A stretch of 63,749 nt of DNA, filler included, from Sluysia triapertura (taxonomy: Eukaryota): assembly GCA_046118255.1 (NCBI GenBank). It is 5 parts of 5 records of this genome, joined end to end, with 100 filler letters (N's around TTAATTAATTAA, not from the genome) between each part and the next. Parts side by side here need not be neighbours in the genome. Positions count along the whole stretch, not along the records: positions 11,748 to 23,231 come from JBJNIA010184224.1; positions 23,332 to 39,012 come from JBJNIA010221688.1; 3 more parts are not named here. The stretch is one strand, 5' to 3'. The position numbers were made by a program, and so were the translations under genes. The notes beneath the pieces are model-generated. The model worked only from the letters and a program-made list of their open reading frames with translations. It made no database searches and was not told where the DNA came from. This document shows, one piece after another, positions 14,291 through 27,049 of the stretch (positions within the stretch are counted from its first letter, which is position 1; the number at the start of each line of letters is the position of its first letter).

Positions 14291-15899
14291 TAGGGCTGCG
14301 GAATATAAAGATTAATTAATCGATTAATCGTTAATTTATTTTAATGATTAAATTTTTGTTTTATCTATTAATCGGATTCAAATTCAGTTTTTATCCCATC
14401 TTGATAAATGTATGACAGTCCAGGAAACAAAAGTAATAACAGCAAAATGGTGACAGAGAAGAAGCGATTTATCAAATGTAAACCTATATCAGGTAGATTA
14501 CGAAAACATTTTGGATTTAAATTGTTGGCTGACGGTAATATCAAAAATGCTGACAACGTTTATTGCATTAATTGTGAATGTTAGGTTGCCATCACAACCC
14601 TACAAAATAATTCTAAAACGACATAATAACGCCTTAAAATTACTTAAAATTATTTAAAATTACGAAAAAATTATTTAAAATCATAAAAAATATTATAAAA
14701 TCAATTAATTAAAAAAAATTTATTTTCCAAAAAAGAAATTATTTTTTCTAAAAAAGAAAATAAAAATTCTAAAAAAGAAATCTAATTGCATGAATTTAAA
14801 GCTGCAGATGCCGAAGTGTTGTTTGTCAAGTGTCGAAAAATCATAGGACATTTTAAACATATCCCTATCAACATAACTGAAATGCAAAATTGTAGTGATT
14901 CAGCATTACATGAATTACATCAACATGTTCCAACAAGATGGAATAGCGTTTTTGAGATGCTAGGAAAGCATTAACTTTCTACATGTCAACTGAAGGAAAG
15001 CACTATAAAGGTCAAAACTGTTCGATTCTGATTGGGAAAAGATTTCAAAATAAGTCAAAGTTTTAAATATATTTTGTCAGGCTACGGTCCTGCTTGGTAG
15101 TGATAAATATGTGGTATGTATTGCCACTGTTATCGACTGTAACAAAACACATGACTGTAAATGATGATGATCCAGGTTATATAGCCACATTCAAGGAAGC
15201 CTTTGTAAATGAATTCAGCGAACGCTTAGCTAATATGAAAAGCATTGTAGTTTTAAAGATTGCAACAGTACTTGATCCACGATATAAAAACTCGAAGTGT
15301 TTATCAGACGATGCAAAAGAACAAACTGGGTTGCTTATCGGACAGCAAATAGCAAGTCATGATTCGTTGAAGCCTAATGTACAAGATGATATTAACAGTG
15401 TGAACCAAATGAAAAGCGTTTTAAGTTGATGGAGGCTGACTCCGACTCAGAAGAGGATGTCGAATGCGCTTCTGATGAAGTACAACGATATAAAAAGAAG
15501 AAAAAAGTTGCTGAATCAGTTGATCCACTACAATGGTTGAAACTTAATGAATAGCGATATCCAAAATTTGGTATTCCTTGCCAAGACTGTACCTTGCGTA
15601 CCGGCTACCTCAGTTCCGTGTGAACGATTATTTAGTTCTGCTGGTTACATTGTTAACAAGACACACTCATCACTTGAACCAAATACTGTTAGTAAGCTTG
15701 TGTGTTTGCATAGCTGGTTATCTGACAATATTTGAAATAGGAAACACCTATTTAACTGAATTTTATTGAAATACATGTGGAATAAATTTGTCAAAAAATG
15801 TTTGTGCAGAAGTTTTGATTTAATCGAAATTAACTATTAATTAATCGTTAATTTATTAAAAATTAACTATTAAAAATAAATTAATCATTACCAGTCCTA
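14291..15899 (+). mobile_element. Defective hAT DNA transposon (ZBED1/Ac-like)
   Basis: TIRs TAGGGCTG / CAGTCCTA; degenerate 8-bp TSD GGTAGGAT / AGTAGGAC; subterminal TTAATCG repeats; internal transposase remnants. Confidence 0.9.
14447..15735 (+). pseudogene. hAT transposase pseudogene (BED finger, core fragments, dimerisation domain)
   Basis: KHFGF..VYCINC (BED-like), VPTRWNS, ATVLDPRYK and PATSVPCERLFSSAG motifs, broken by stops, frameshifts and an internal deletion. Confidence 0.9.
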
Positions 15900-18800
15900 A
15901 GTAGGACACAAAATAAAGTAAGATTTACAATGAATCATATGCTCTCGTAGAAACGAGAACATAATAAATATAATTGTTGGTCTCTCAATCTGTATTTTAA
16001 TAAAATATGAGTATAAATATTCAAGAACGAGGTAAAAAATCCCGTTTGTCAAGTGCTATATAGTCAAGTTGATTCATCTAATGAAGAAAATAAAATTTAA
16101 AAGTTGCATTAAAAGAGTTAGCTTTAAGATTGTAGAAAAAAATTTAAGTAATGAATTAATTAATTAATCAAAATAATTAATTAATGCTTTTGATTATACA
16201 AAACAAATTTATTAAACAATATATTCAAATTTATCATATTTATGGAAAATTCTACCACTAGTCATCGACACGTACAATGTCGAAATTAAAACAATGAAGT
16301 AGCTTTTGATCCGGATATAATGACAATGTTTGAGAGATATGTTTGCAAATTGGAATTAAAATCATGTTTCGAAGGAAAATAAATTTAGTACATGATGTAG
16401 GTAATCGCGATCGTACTCTAATATATTTAAAAATGGATAATTTTGATACAATTAATGTAAATCTATTTTCAGCTGCTTATAATATTATAAATAGCGATGT
16501 AAAGAAATATAAATATAAAGAAAGAATGTTAGTTGAAAAATGTAATTACGTAAAAGTAAATAATAAAATTAATTCTGATGTAAATAAATTTTTTATATCT
16601 ATCGTATTTAAATTTTAAATTTTATTATTGTAAAAATATTTAGAAAAATAAAATTATAAAATTTTTATTGAAATAGTAATAAAGTCTTAATAAAAGTTTA
16701 TTAAAAACAGAATTATATTTTTATAGTAGTTTTATATCTGAACAAAAATTATAGTTGTTTGGCTTATATTTTATGGTTATTTTATTATTTTTATTATATA
16801 TAAAAAGAAAAGTTATAAAAACATTATCACTGACTCAAAAATAAATTCGTGAATTTTGACTATTATTTCATGATTACAATTTTCGTATATTTAGTTTTCT
16901 GAGGATTCAATTCAAATTAGAAATATAAATTGGTGGGAGATTCATATTTTCAATTAAGAAGACACAGTCACAGATTCCAGATTCGGATTACATAAATTCT
17001 TGTATTCCCATGAATACGTAAGGTTTATAAGGTTTATAGGATCAAAATCATGCGTAAAATCTTTTAACGTTCAAAGGCCAAATATTAAATCTGGCTTAAT
17101 ATTTTATTTTTTAAAATTAACTTTATATTATGTCAAAAAACTTAATTTTTTAATTCATACATTACTATATCTTGCGTACTACGTTTTATATTTTTGTTTT
17201 TTTACTGTAACTGATTTGTATTTTTATAAATTTTTATTAATAAAATTTAGGAATTGTATCGCTTTCCTTATTTATTTGATACAATCAAAAATTAGTAACG
17301 TTATTTTTAAAATTAAAAAGACAATTGTTAAATTAACAAGAAAAAGAGTAGATTAGAGGACCCTCGATTAAATTAGTATTAACAGAAAATTGTTAAGGAT
17401 AAGGAAAATCTTACATAGGTATTTGTAATGAAGAGAAAATCCTGAAGCAGTGTCTTACACTCAAAAAAATCATTGACTTCTGGCAAACCCGAATAGTAAT
17501 ATTACTTATTTACTAGGAGTTTAATAATCTAAAGTAAAAAACCACAGCAGTAATAATAATAATAATGATGATTTTAATATTATTATTAATGTTGTGTCTT
17601 TATTTAAAATCATTAACAATAACTCAATAACAAAATTAAATTAGTCTGAAATCTAAATATATTTTAATAATCACAAAGCAGATACAAATTGTTAATTATT
17701 CTTTAATCATAATATACTCTTAATAATCACAGAATAAATATACAAATTCGCAGTGAAACATGTTTTTACACAATCAATTAACAAAATACTAATGTTAATG
17801 CTCATATTTAACAAAACAAATATAACTTTTTTTACCACAAATGTGTGAGGCTGCTTTCCTCTTTACCAACTTATTCTGAATATTTGACAAAAATGTGATC
17901 GCTTATGTATTAGTTGGATATGTAAATACGTTTAATTTTTGTAAATAGGGTAAATTTTTTACGAACTTTATTATCTCTGTTTATTTATTATGATTAAAAA
18001 ATTATAAATTAAAATTAAAAATTAAACAATTTTATGATGATTTTATTAAATTTTATAATTATCATAATTTAAATTTTAAGAAAAATTAATAAAAGTACAT
18101 TATAAAATTAGTTAAAACTTAAATTTTTTGAATTAATTAATCAATCTTTAAAAACTATAAAACAACTGAAATTTAACTTAAATAATTATGGAATTGTCAA
18201 TCTATTTTTCGAAAAACTAATTCGGTTTGATAAACAAAACAAAAAGTACACGAGTATATAAATAACGTTCTATTTATATAAACAAACACAATAGATAGAA
18301 ACTAAATAAAAAGATTAACCGAGAAAAGAAAAGGCTATCATTAGAATCTTTTATCACCGCGTTAATTGGAAAACGTTATTTGTCGTCTTAATTTTTGGAA
18401 ACAATTTTATTTGAAAAAACGTTTGTCGTCTTAATTTTTGGAAACAAATTCTGTTCGTGAATCCAGGACTTTTGTTAAAGATTGGTGCTATTCGAGTCAA
18501 ATACTGTATATTCCAAGACATTAGTCTCGAAGGAGCTTTTGAATACTTTAAGTAAATATGTATTTTGTAAGGAGCATTAATAAATTTTGCCTTAAAATCA
18601 ACACATAAAATCTATTTTATTTGCACCCTAGAATTAATCGTGGGTTAAACTCGGATTTAACCCCTTCCCGGTTTATGCCGTATATTTACGGTATAACTAA
18701 AACTGACCACAGCATAAAACAATCAAACGAAAAATAAGTGTAATCTTCGTAATATTTATAAAACGACGTCGGGTAGTGTTGTAGTGATGATGAGGTGGCA

Positions 18801-19243
18801 ACAAGCGTTACGTATAAGAAAATGTTAATAAAAAAGATTTTATTACGCGTCTATAATTTGACGGGGATAAAAGGTGTGATAACGCAGATATTGTGAATGA
18901 GTTTTATCCTAATATGATTTTTGTTTGTGATGAGGTTTATGTGGTTGATAGTGGTAGTGAATGGGGTGCATGTGATATAGTGGGTGTAACACCACAATCT
19001 CCGTTGCAAATTCCTTGTCGTCAAGGGCAACGAAAAAAGGTCACACAATAATGAATAAATAAAATTCAAAAAACACAATTGTTAAAATGTCACGGATTTT
19101 TAATTGTGTTCTTCAATGCATTTATAAGTATCATTTAATAATTTCATATTATATAATTGTACTGTTATAAATGGCTTCCACAATAAATCAGTATTAAATA
19201 ATCAATAAGCATTATATTTCATAAATCGATCAAATATCATGAT

Positions 19244-20953
19244 TTAACATCCATAATAATCGCGTACTTTCTTCTTGTCCAATTCGGTTACTTCCATATT
19301 GAAAGGAATTGTACCACCGTCCTTTTTCAACATTGTATTTTCGCCATTACAACTGAAAGAATTTGATGGATATTGCATAATACTGTCATAGTCGTAATCA
19401 GTGGTAGTACTACATCCAACACAAATAACAAAGTTTCCGCAAGCTTAAGTAAAACAATTTTTTATGAAAATTTTAATTTTAATTCATATTTGATTTTTTA
19501 AAATATTAAATTTATATATTATCATATTTATGTAAAATTGTTTTTATAAGTATTATTCAAGGTCATACAAAAATTAATATCGTCAATCAAATAATATGTA
19601 CAAAATTTATAATTATAATAAAAATCAAAAATCAATTTTAAACTTACACCTGGTTTGAACATTTTGTAAATAAATATTTAAATAATTATCTCTGTCTGGG
19701 CGACTTTGTTCGTGATAAAATCCAAGCACGTGAGTAAATTCGTGTTTTACATTTCGTCTGTTAACACAATTTGAATGTAGTTTGACCGATCTTCTCCTAT
19801 TTGCATATCCAATATTGGCACTGCATCCTTGACCAGGTTCAACTGTCACAATTCCATTTTGATTATCTTCGACGAATGTAACGCAGTTATTCAATTCTCC
19901 TTGATAAACGTTTAAAAATTCTCGAACTCCTTGTTGATCACCATCAGCTGCAAGTGAAATTGTTGAAGTCAAATATAAATTCAACATTCAATCAAATTAA
20001 ACAATGAATTAGTATGGAAATATTCATCTTTTCCATGGAATACAAAATACACATTCGTAAATATTAATTAGTTCCGTTTGGAAATTTCAAATCAAATTCA
20101 CAATTTTATTATTCCTATCTCAGTTTTTATGGTAAAACCATTTAGGTTATCATTTTTGAGTCAATATTTTCATTCATTCTACCTTCTGTTCATTGAACCT
20201 CAGTGGTTTGTAGTAAGTATTCTGAGTTCAATTTAAAATATTTATATTGAAGAAGTACTTCAAAAATCTTTACTTTTGTATGACTCAAAGAATAATTTAT
20301 TCAAGCTTTAGATTTAAGGCTAATCCAACTTAAAAGTGAAAAATAAAATCGATTTGGAATAAATTTCTCAAAGTAAATAATGTAGTAATACTTCCATTTT
20401 TAATTATGACGACATCATCATGGGTAATATTTATAAACCTAATCTAATAATGCTTTTTAAAAGCATTGTTTTTTAAATAAACTTTACTAACGGAAATTTG
20501 GATGAAATTTATAGGTCACTGTATTTCTAGGCCATTTTTCTCCTTTAGCTGCTTTCATCTGAAATAATAAATGCTTATTACAGTTTATTAATGTAATATT
20601 TTCGAATAAGTCTAAGCCATTCGATGTGGATGTTCAATCATTATATTGTTTAATAATAAATTTATGAACTTACGCCGTTAAACATTAATATATCATCTTT
20701 ATCAAACACCATATCTCCGACATCTTTAGAATTTATTTTCAGATTCTTAATAAAATGTGTATTATTTTTATATAACGGATGAATAATAATAATATTGAAT
20801 TTAATGTTGTGTACTGTCAAACATGTTTAATATAAAGTACTTAATATAAATTAAATTAAATATTTTTACAGAAGGTCCACAGCCACATTGTTGAGCATTC
20901 AAAACTCCAAACAACACCGACAAAATCAATCCGTATAATAACAGTCTTTGCAT
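19244..20953 (-). CDS. Secreted astacin-family (M12A) zinc metalloprotease, 240 aa; exons 20953-20870, 20745-20674, 20558-20492, 19947-19648, 19443-19244
   Basis: GT-AG introns join in frame (723 nt). Signal peptide MQRLLLYGLILSVLFGVLNA; pro-peptide GDM; mature-region KWP; zinc motif HEFTHVLGFYHEQSRPDRD; Met-turn SIMQY. Confidence 0.93.
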
Positions 20954-21734
20954 TTATATTAAATTTATTCCAATTTTGATTTGTTTTATACATTTTTATT
21001 ATTTGTTTTGTTAATTATTTGTTTATTTGAATTCTATTTCCGAAAATTATCCGTTGTGTACCTTTAATTAATAAATTGATTGTAAATACAAAGTACAATT
21101 ATTGAGAACGTTATAAATGTGACATTTTTTTATGTTGATCTTTTATTTCAATAATAGTTCAAAAATATCAAGTGTCGCGTTGCAACTCAAGTTAGAGTGC
21201 TATTGAGAAGGTTTTATTCGAAATTATTACTTTTACTATGATCTTTACAAGTCTTATGTGCAAATTGCTTGACTTAGTGCACGGTTTGTAAGGAATACCC
21301 TAGACGTTTCTGTAGTGAGGCACTAATATGGGTCTTAAACAGTAACTTGAATTAAATGAACAACTTTAAAACAATGAAAAATATGATAAAGAATATTAAT
21401 AAATAGTTTGAAGCTAAGTTTATATCAGCTAACAAATACAGTTTTATTTTAACAGTGTAGAAGCTTAAGAGTGATTTGATCGAAAGCATTTAAGTATGTA
21501 ATATTAATATTAAAAGTTTTAATAAGATAAGTTCGTATTTAATTATGAGCTTCGTATCTAATCTTAAACAATATACACTTGGAATATTCTTATTAATACT
21601 ATTACGTAATTTATTGAATGAACTGCAAATTTTGTAATTTAAAATTTTTGGAATACATAAATATTCTACCAGCGTTTTTACCAGTTCTCCGAATTTCTCC
21701 TGGTTCATTTACCGAAATATTCCTCCATTGACTT

Positions 21735-21990
21735 TTATTAATGTTAATTTGCCAAGAAGGGACACTGTATTTATAGGTCAGGTCGTCGGAGGTCCTTTGG
21801 CAAGATAGGATTGTCTACCTTTACGTGGTAGCCCTTTTGTTCCAGATGTTCTTTGTACACAGTTGTATCTATTTGTTTTGCGTGATATCCGCACCAATGA
21901 CATGAAGTTGGAAATTTCCTTTGAATGTTCTTGCTTGAGGAGGAACTTCCAACAGTGGTTCCCAAATTTGCAACTTATGCAGTCTATTGG
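21735..21990 (-). pseudogene. Probable C-terminal zinc-knuckle/restriction-like endonuclease remnant of an R2/NeSL-type non-LTR retrotransposon
   Basis: CHWCGYH...KGYHVKVD...RRPDL*IQCPF resembles the CxxC knuckle plus RPD..CPF endonuclease motif; internally deleted. Confidence 0.45.
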
Positions 21991-22494
21991 AGTATATTGA
22001 CAAGGACATCGTCCTAATTGGCTCTCTAGGATTACCCAATGTATTTGTTCCTATGTGTGAACATACCTGAAGTAGTGAACTCCACACACAAACGACACAA
22101 TTACATACACAAGCCATCACAAATTAACATTTCATACTAAACAAATTATCTGATTCATACAATACACATGCATAAACAATAACAATACACATACAGTTAT
22201 CATGAATTACAGTTATTGTTATCATAATTTCCATTGTAATAATAATTTCATATAATAATTCTTGTAATAATATCGCAATACTATTAACATCATCGTAATA
22301 AAATACATAATAATCCTATAATAAATTTAATTATATTATTGTTTTCGTTATAACTTCCGTTATCTTCACAATTAATCTTTCTTTTATTCTCTTGTTTGTA
22401 TGAAAGTATTATATAAAATTGTATATATTTCTGCATTTTTGTTATAAAGGTCAACATTTTTTGAGTTATTACGAGTCCAGTAATCAAAAATTTC

Positions 22495-23130
22495 ATAACT
22501 GGAATCAGATACAATTCAAATTGATTATGTAAAAGAATTGTCGAAGGATTTAAAAGAATTAAATAAACTATACGGACTTGGACCTAAATACAGACGTGGT
22601 GTAGCTTTTCAAGGAAGAGGAGTTAAATTAGTAATTAAAGACCACTCATGTTGCCTTTGATTAATACGGCCATTCGAAATAGTTATGTATTTACCTTTAT
22701 TGAAATGATGTATTTCATCGGTGCTGAAAGTAAATATATGGAATGTCGGAACTGAAGAAATTTGAGTTCAAAGAAGTTTCCCAGATATAATCGTATCTGC
22801 CAGTTTTAATTATAATTGTTCTAAACTTGTAACTGATTGTGAGGATTGTGTAACCAAGAAACGGTGAAATAATAACCTAAGGTAAATGTCATGATCGAAT
22901 TTTTAATGCGGGATTTTCAAATATGTCAAAAAGACAGTTTAGATTGTGGGAGGATACATATTTAAGCAACCCATTAAAAAGCGGAAGACATTGATTCTTC
23001 AAACAGTGTATTTTTTTCATGGTATGATCCTGATTTTTATTTGATTTATATCTGTGGAAAAGGCCATAGTATAATTAGATGTTTTGAATACAGTCCTGAA
23101 GAAAAAACAATTCATTACATTGACCGCCTA
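22495..23130 (+). pseudogene. Unidentified degenerate coding sequence
   Basis: Protein-like frame LESDTIQIDYVKELSKDLKELNKLYGLGPKYRRGVAFQG... interrupted by several stops. Confidence 0.25.
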
Positions 23131-23137
23131 TATACTT

Positions 23138-23231
23138 GTGATTCTCATGTAGTAGTGATTCTCATGTAGTAGTGATTCTCATGTAGTAGTGATTCTCATG
23201 TAGTAGTGATTCTCATGTAGTAGTGATTCTC
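23138..23231 (+). repeat. 17-bp minisatellite (GTGATTCTCATGTAGTA)x5.5 running into contig end
   Basis: Perfect tandem copies read directly. Confidence 0.95.
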
Positions 23232-23331
23232 NNNNNNNNNNNNNNNNNNNNNNNNNNNNNNNNNNNNNNNNNNNNTTAATTAATTAANNNNNNNNNNNNN
23301 NNNNNNNNNNNNNNNNNNNNNNNNNNNNNNN
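23232..23331. other. Artificial contig linker
   Basis: N44-TTAATTAATTAA-N44. Confidence 0.97.
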
Positions 23332-23889
23332 AATCTTATTTTATGTTTAAAGGTTTTATTAAGGTTTTAAAGTTGTTTGGTAATTTATAAGGTATTCAGG
23401 AGGCTCTATATGTTTTCACCTTCACCTCTCTGATTCCTTTTTCTACTTCTTCATGTTAATTATTACTATGTTAAACTTATCTTTACTATCTTGAACAATG
23501 ATTTTATTTCTCAGGTATTTTAAAGATTTTATACACTTTATAATATTACTCGAAGATCTTAGATGCTTATCAATGTTTCAAGAATATTTAAAGGTTAATA
23601 AGGTCTTAAATGATCTAAAGGTTCCAAAGTTCAAAGGTACTTTAATGCTTCTAAAAGTTTTTCAAGTCTGTCTCAAGCTTCCATAAGGTATCAAACCCTT
23701 ATATAGGTCTTTTGAACCTTAAGATATTCTTCAGATGTTAGGATCATTATAAATTTTTCCTTTATCATGATTCTTATTTCAACAATGTTTATAATGTTCA
23801 ATCCATCAATATGTATAAGTTCTTCCTTTATTTTATGATTTTATATGTTTCTTATTCATCTTCTGATCTACAGTTGGGCAATCCCAACA
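23332..23889 (-). mobile_element. LTR-like repeat, family B (TGTTGGGATTGCCCA...), truncated by contig start
   Basis: Closely similar to 39113-39553 and to the reverse complement of 50076-50540. Confidence 0.75.
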
Positions 23890-23953
23890 TAATAAAACTT
23901 AGTTGATTAAGTTCTTATTTAATTAATTTTTGTTTAACTTTAAATTTATCGAA

Positions 23954-24080
23954 GCAACACCATAAAAAGGGTTGCGTAATTTCTAAAAACAAAATTATTT
24001 CAGAGCAACACCATAAAAATGGTTGCGCAATCTATTAAAATATTATCAAAGTTTTCACGCAACACCTTAGTACGGGTTGC
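23954..24080. repeat. Three spaced 22-bp palindromes GCAACACC-N8-GGTTGC
   Basis: Copies at 23954-23975, 24005-24026 and 24059-24080, separated by 29 and 32 nt. Confidence 0.85.
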
Positions 24081-24663
24081 ATAATTATAAAATATAAATT
24101 AATTATTAAGAAATTGATTTAATAGTCTGTAGACGAGAGCTTTAAACGAAGTACCAGTTTTTAAATTCTCTGTTAAGTAAACATATTAAATCCTAATAAT
24201 ACGTCTCCAACAGTGGTATAAATCGTATATATTAGGCGAACCGACTCCTTGGATATTTTGTAAGTTAAGTTTTTTAAGAGAAACACTTGCACAATAATAC
24301 GGCATCGCTTAACTCAGTAAAAATCTTAAACTTTCTCCTTGAAAACTATCATTTTTTATTTATTTAAACTTCATTTGCAAATAATTCTAAATAATTAAAT
24401 ATTAATTAAATGTTTTTGCATAACAATTTTATAAGTATTGTATTTTTAATATATTTTTTTTCGAAATAAGAATAAGTTTGTTGCTAATTTGTATAAAATT
24501 TATTAAGCAATCTAATTTTTCATCATAATCTTGAATAAACGATTATTAATTTCAATAATTTGTGAAGACTTCAAGTTACATTTTTTAACAAAAAAAATGA
24601 AATCAATTAAAATTATAAGATCATCCGTCTAAAATTATTTATTATCAACATATTTCGTAATAT

Positions 24664-24818
24664 TGTTGGGGTAGAGGCCTAAAGTGCCATGTAGTGTAAT
24701 GGACTATAGTAATCTAAAAATTGTTAGACGGGGCTGATAGCTCAGGTTAGAGCATCGAACTGTGAAGCGAGAGGTCCCGGGTTTGATCCCCGGTCATTCC
24801 ATTTTATGAAGTCTAACA
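24664..24818 (+). mobile_element. 155-bp TG..CA element with 4-bp TSD containing a tRNA-derived cassette (copy 2)
   Basis: TGTTGGGGTA...GTCTAACA, with ATAT direct repeats at 24660-24663 and 24819-24822. Confidence 0.8.
24731..24801 (+). ncRNA. tRNA-derived sequence (loop CT-GTG-AA; imperfect cloverleaf)
   Basis: GGGCTGA-TA-GCTC..GAGC D arm; CCGGG-TTTGATC-CCCGG T arm; TTTT follows. Confidence 0.7.
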
Positions 24819-25189
24819 ATATGTATATGTTCAGTGACAAAATAAATTTAATATAACACATTGAATTTTTAAATACGCTTCATTTTTTTATTAACATGCT
24901 CAAGTCATAACAGCTTTTGTTTTAAAATAATTCTTATTTATGCATAAAACACATTCAGTTCTAAAATATATTTCATGTATCAATTAAAATTTTGACGATT
25001 TCTGAATTATAGTAAACTGATTTTATTATAATTATAGTGTCATTATTACAGTTTTATTTAACTAAAACTGTATTTAACTAAAAATTTAACTCAAAGTAAT
25101 TTAATTGTAAAATAAATAGTTTGATACTTTTGTTTAAATAATTTTTATTGTTGGTGCGTTATTTAAGTTAAGTTATTTGAGAATTTAGA

Positions 25190-26958
25190 ATGTCAAGCGC
25201 AAGTGATTCGTCAGATGATGAATTTTTTGATTGCGTATCAGAGCCAAGTAAATTAATTTTATAATATATATATATATATTACTGCATTTTAGCAAAATTT
25301 TACGCTGTAGCTTTTCCCACATGCGCAACAAAGCCCGGTTTTGTAACTCCAAATTTATCAGAAGCATGTGAGAAAATGAAATCTATTAAAGGTGCACGTT
25401 TTAATTCATTTACGGACATAATAAGTGCTCAGAAATTTAGCGAATCTGTAATGAAAAATGATGAAAAAGATAAAAAATTATTTAAAAATGAAAAAAAAGG
25501 AATTGATGCATTTCCTAATGTTTCGAATCGAGAATATAATCAATTTAAAGCAGATATTGAAAAAGGCAAATATTTAAGAGTTAAAGAATTAATTGAATTG
25601 AATCCCAAATACATAATTACAGAATGTGAAAACCCAACTTTATTATCAGTTAGATTTCGGTTTAATGCATTGCATGTTGCTGCTTCTACTAACCAATCAA
25701 GTATAATACGTTTAATTGTGGAACATATCTGTTCTAATCAATTTTGGAAAACGATATATCCGGATCACAATCCGGAAGACAGTGAATTCATAAAATTAGC
25801 ACGAGAAAGATTATTAGATATTTACTTGAATTCACCGGATATTGGAAATAACGAAACTCCACTACATTTTGCTTGCAAGTTCGGATTTGTTGATGTTGTA
25901 CGTGAATTATTGCGCTATAAACAAACCGATAAATGTTGTAAAAATAAATCAGATCAATTTCCGCAAGATATTAGTTGCAGTCGATATACAAAAGAAGATA
26001 AAATGGAAAAAACAGAACAAATTATTCTTTTATTTTCTGAAAGGTTTGTTATATTATTAAAGTTGAATTAAATTTATTACCATTTTTTAGATATATAGCT
26101 CTTTTAGAAGGCTTTAATAACATCTCTTCTGCTCTAAGTTATGCTGAATTATGCGAATTACTTAGCTCAAACAGTGTGCGTGCTTATATGGGACCAATAA
26201 CGAGTCCTTCGCGTGCAGAATTGATTCAGCAGCGTTGGCGTTGCACGAAACGTGAAGATAAGAAAAAGTATCAACATATGCGATGTGCAGATGCTTGTAA
26301 AGGTTTGGAAGCACATGGGCGTGAGTTGGCACGTGAATACAATCTTGAGTGGAACGAGAAATGGGACTTTCTCGATGATATGATCAATATGTCTACCGAG
26401 GCTGGCATTAGTCTTATAGAATCACATCTTTCGGATATAACAAAAGATGAATGCAGTGAGCAGGAAATTAACACAACAAATTCCTCAGTGTCTTCCACAA
26501 GTCGAATTAGTAGAATCTACGATTCATTGTCGCGTTTGTTTTCTAAATTAAGCATTTCTTCACCACAGACAAAATCAGAAATCCCACCAAATCAAAAAAC
26601 ACAATGTAAATTTGATCTCAGTATATCCAAAACAGGAATGTTGACTCAAGATGATCGACGCATGCATCAAGCACTTTTACAAACTGCATTTAATCCTGAT
26701 TTGGCAAACAAGTATTGCAACAAATTCCCAGTAATTAAGAAATTTATCGAAGAAATTGATCTGCACAATAAATTAACCAATGATTGTGTGGCCAACATCA
26801 GTTTTTCATCTCCGATTCGTAATAATGCAAATACCAATTTCGTAACATCAACACCAATCAATTCCAAGTTTTCTCGAGCAATACCTCCCAAAATGGATTC
26901 ATTAAAATCTCACTTTTATCAATCATCACTATCTCCGATCGCACACATTAAGCATTGA
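25190..26958 (+). CDS. ANKLE2: ANKLE2/LEM4 ortholog, 558 aa; exons 25190-25247, 25293-26043, 26091-26958
   Basis: 45- and 47-nt GT-AG introns join in frame. Caulimovirus-like domain (FYAV...KGARFNSF); ankyrin region (NPKYI..NPT..RFNALHVAA, YLNSPD..ETPLHFACKFG); conserved GP..W..D..KGLE..GRELA..W.E.WDFL block typical of ANKLE2. Confidence 0.92.
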
Positions 26959-27049
26959 TATATTTATATACGTGTCTATGTATTTGTTGTTAATGAAGTG
27001 ATTCATTCATGAAATTGAGTAGTTTTCTTCCCGCCGATGAGATTAATTT

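Noticed and set aside
23954-24080. CRISPR array
   Set aside because: Only three units, AT-rich partly similar spacers, eukaryotic context and no cas genes. Kept only as a palindrome array.
26271-26891. Antisense ORFs within ANKLE2
   Set aside because: Shadow frames of a real coding exon.
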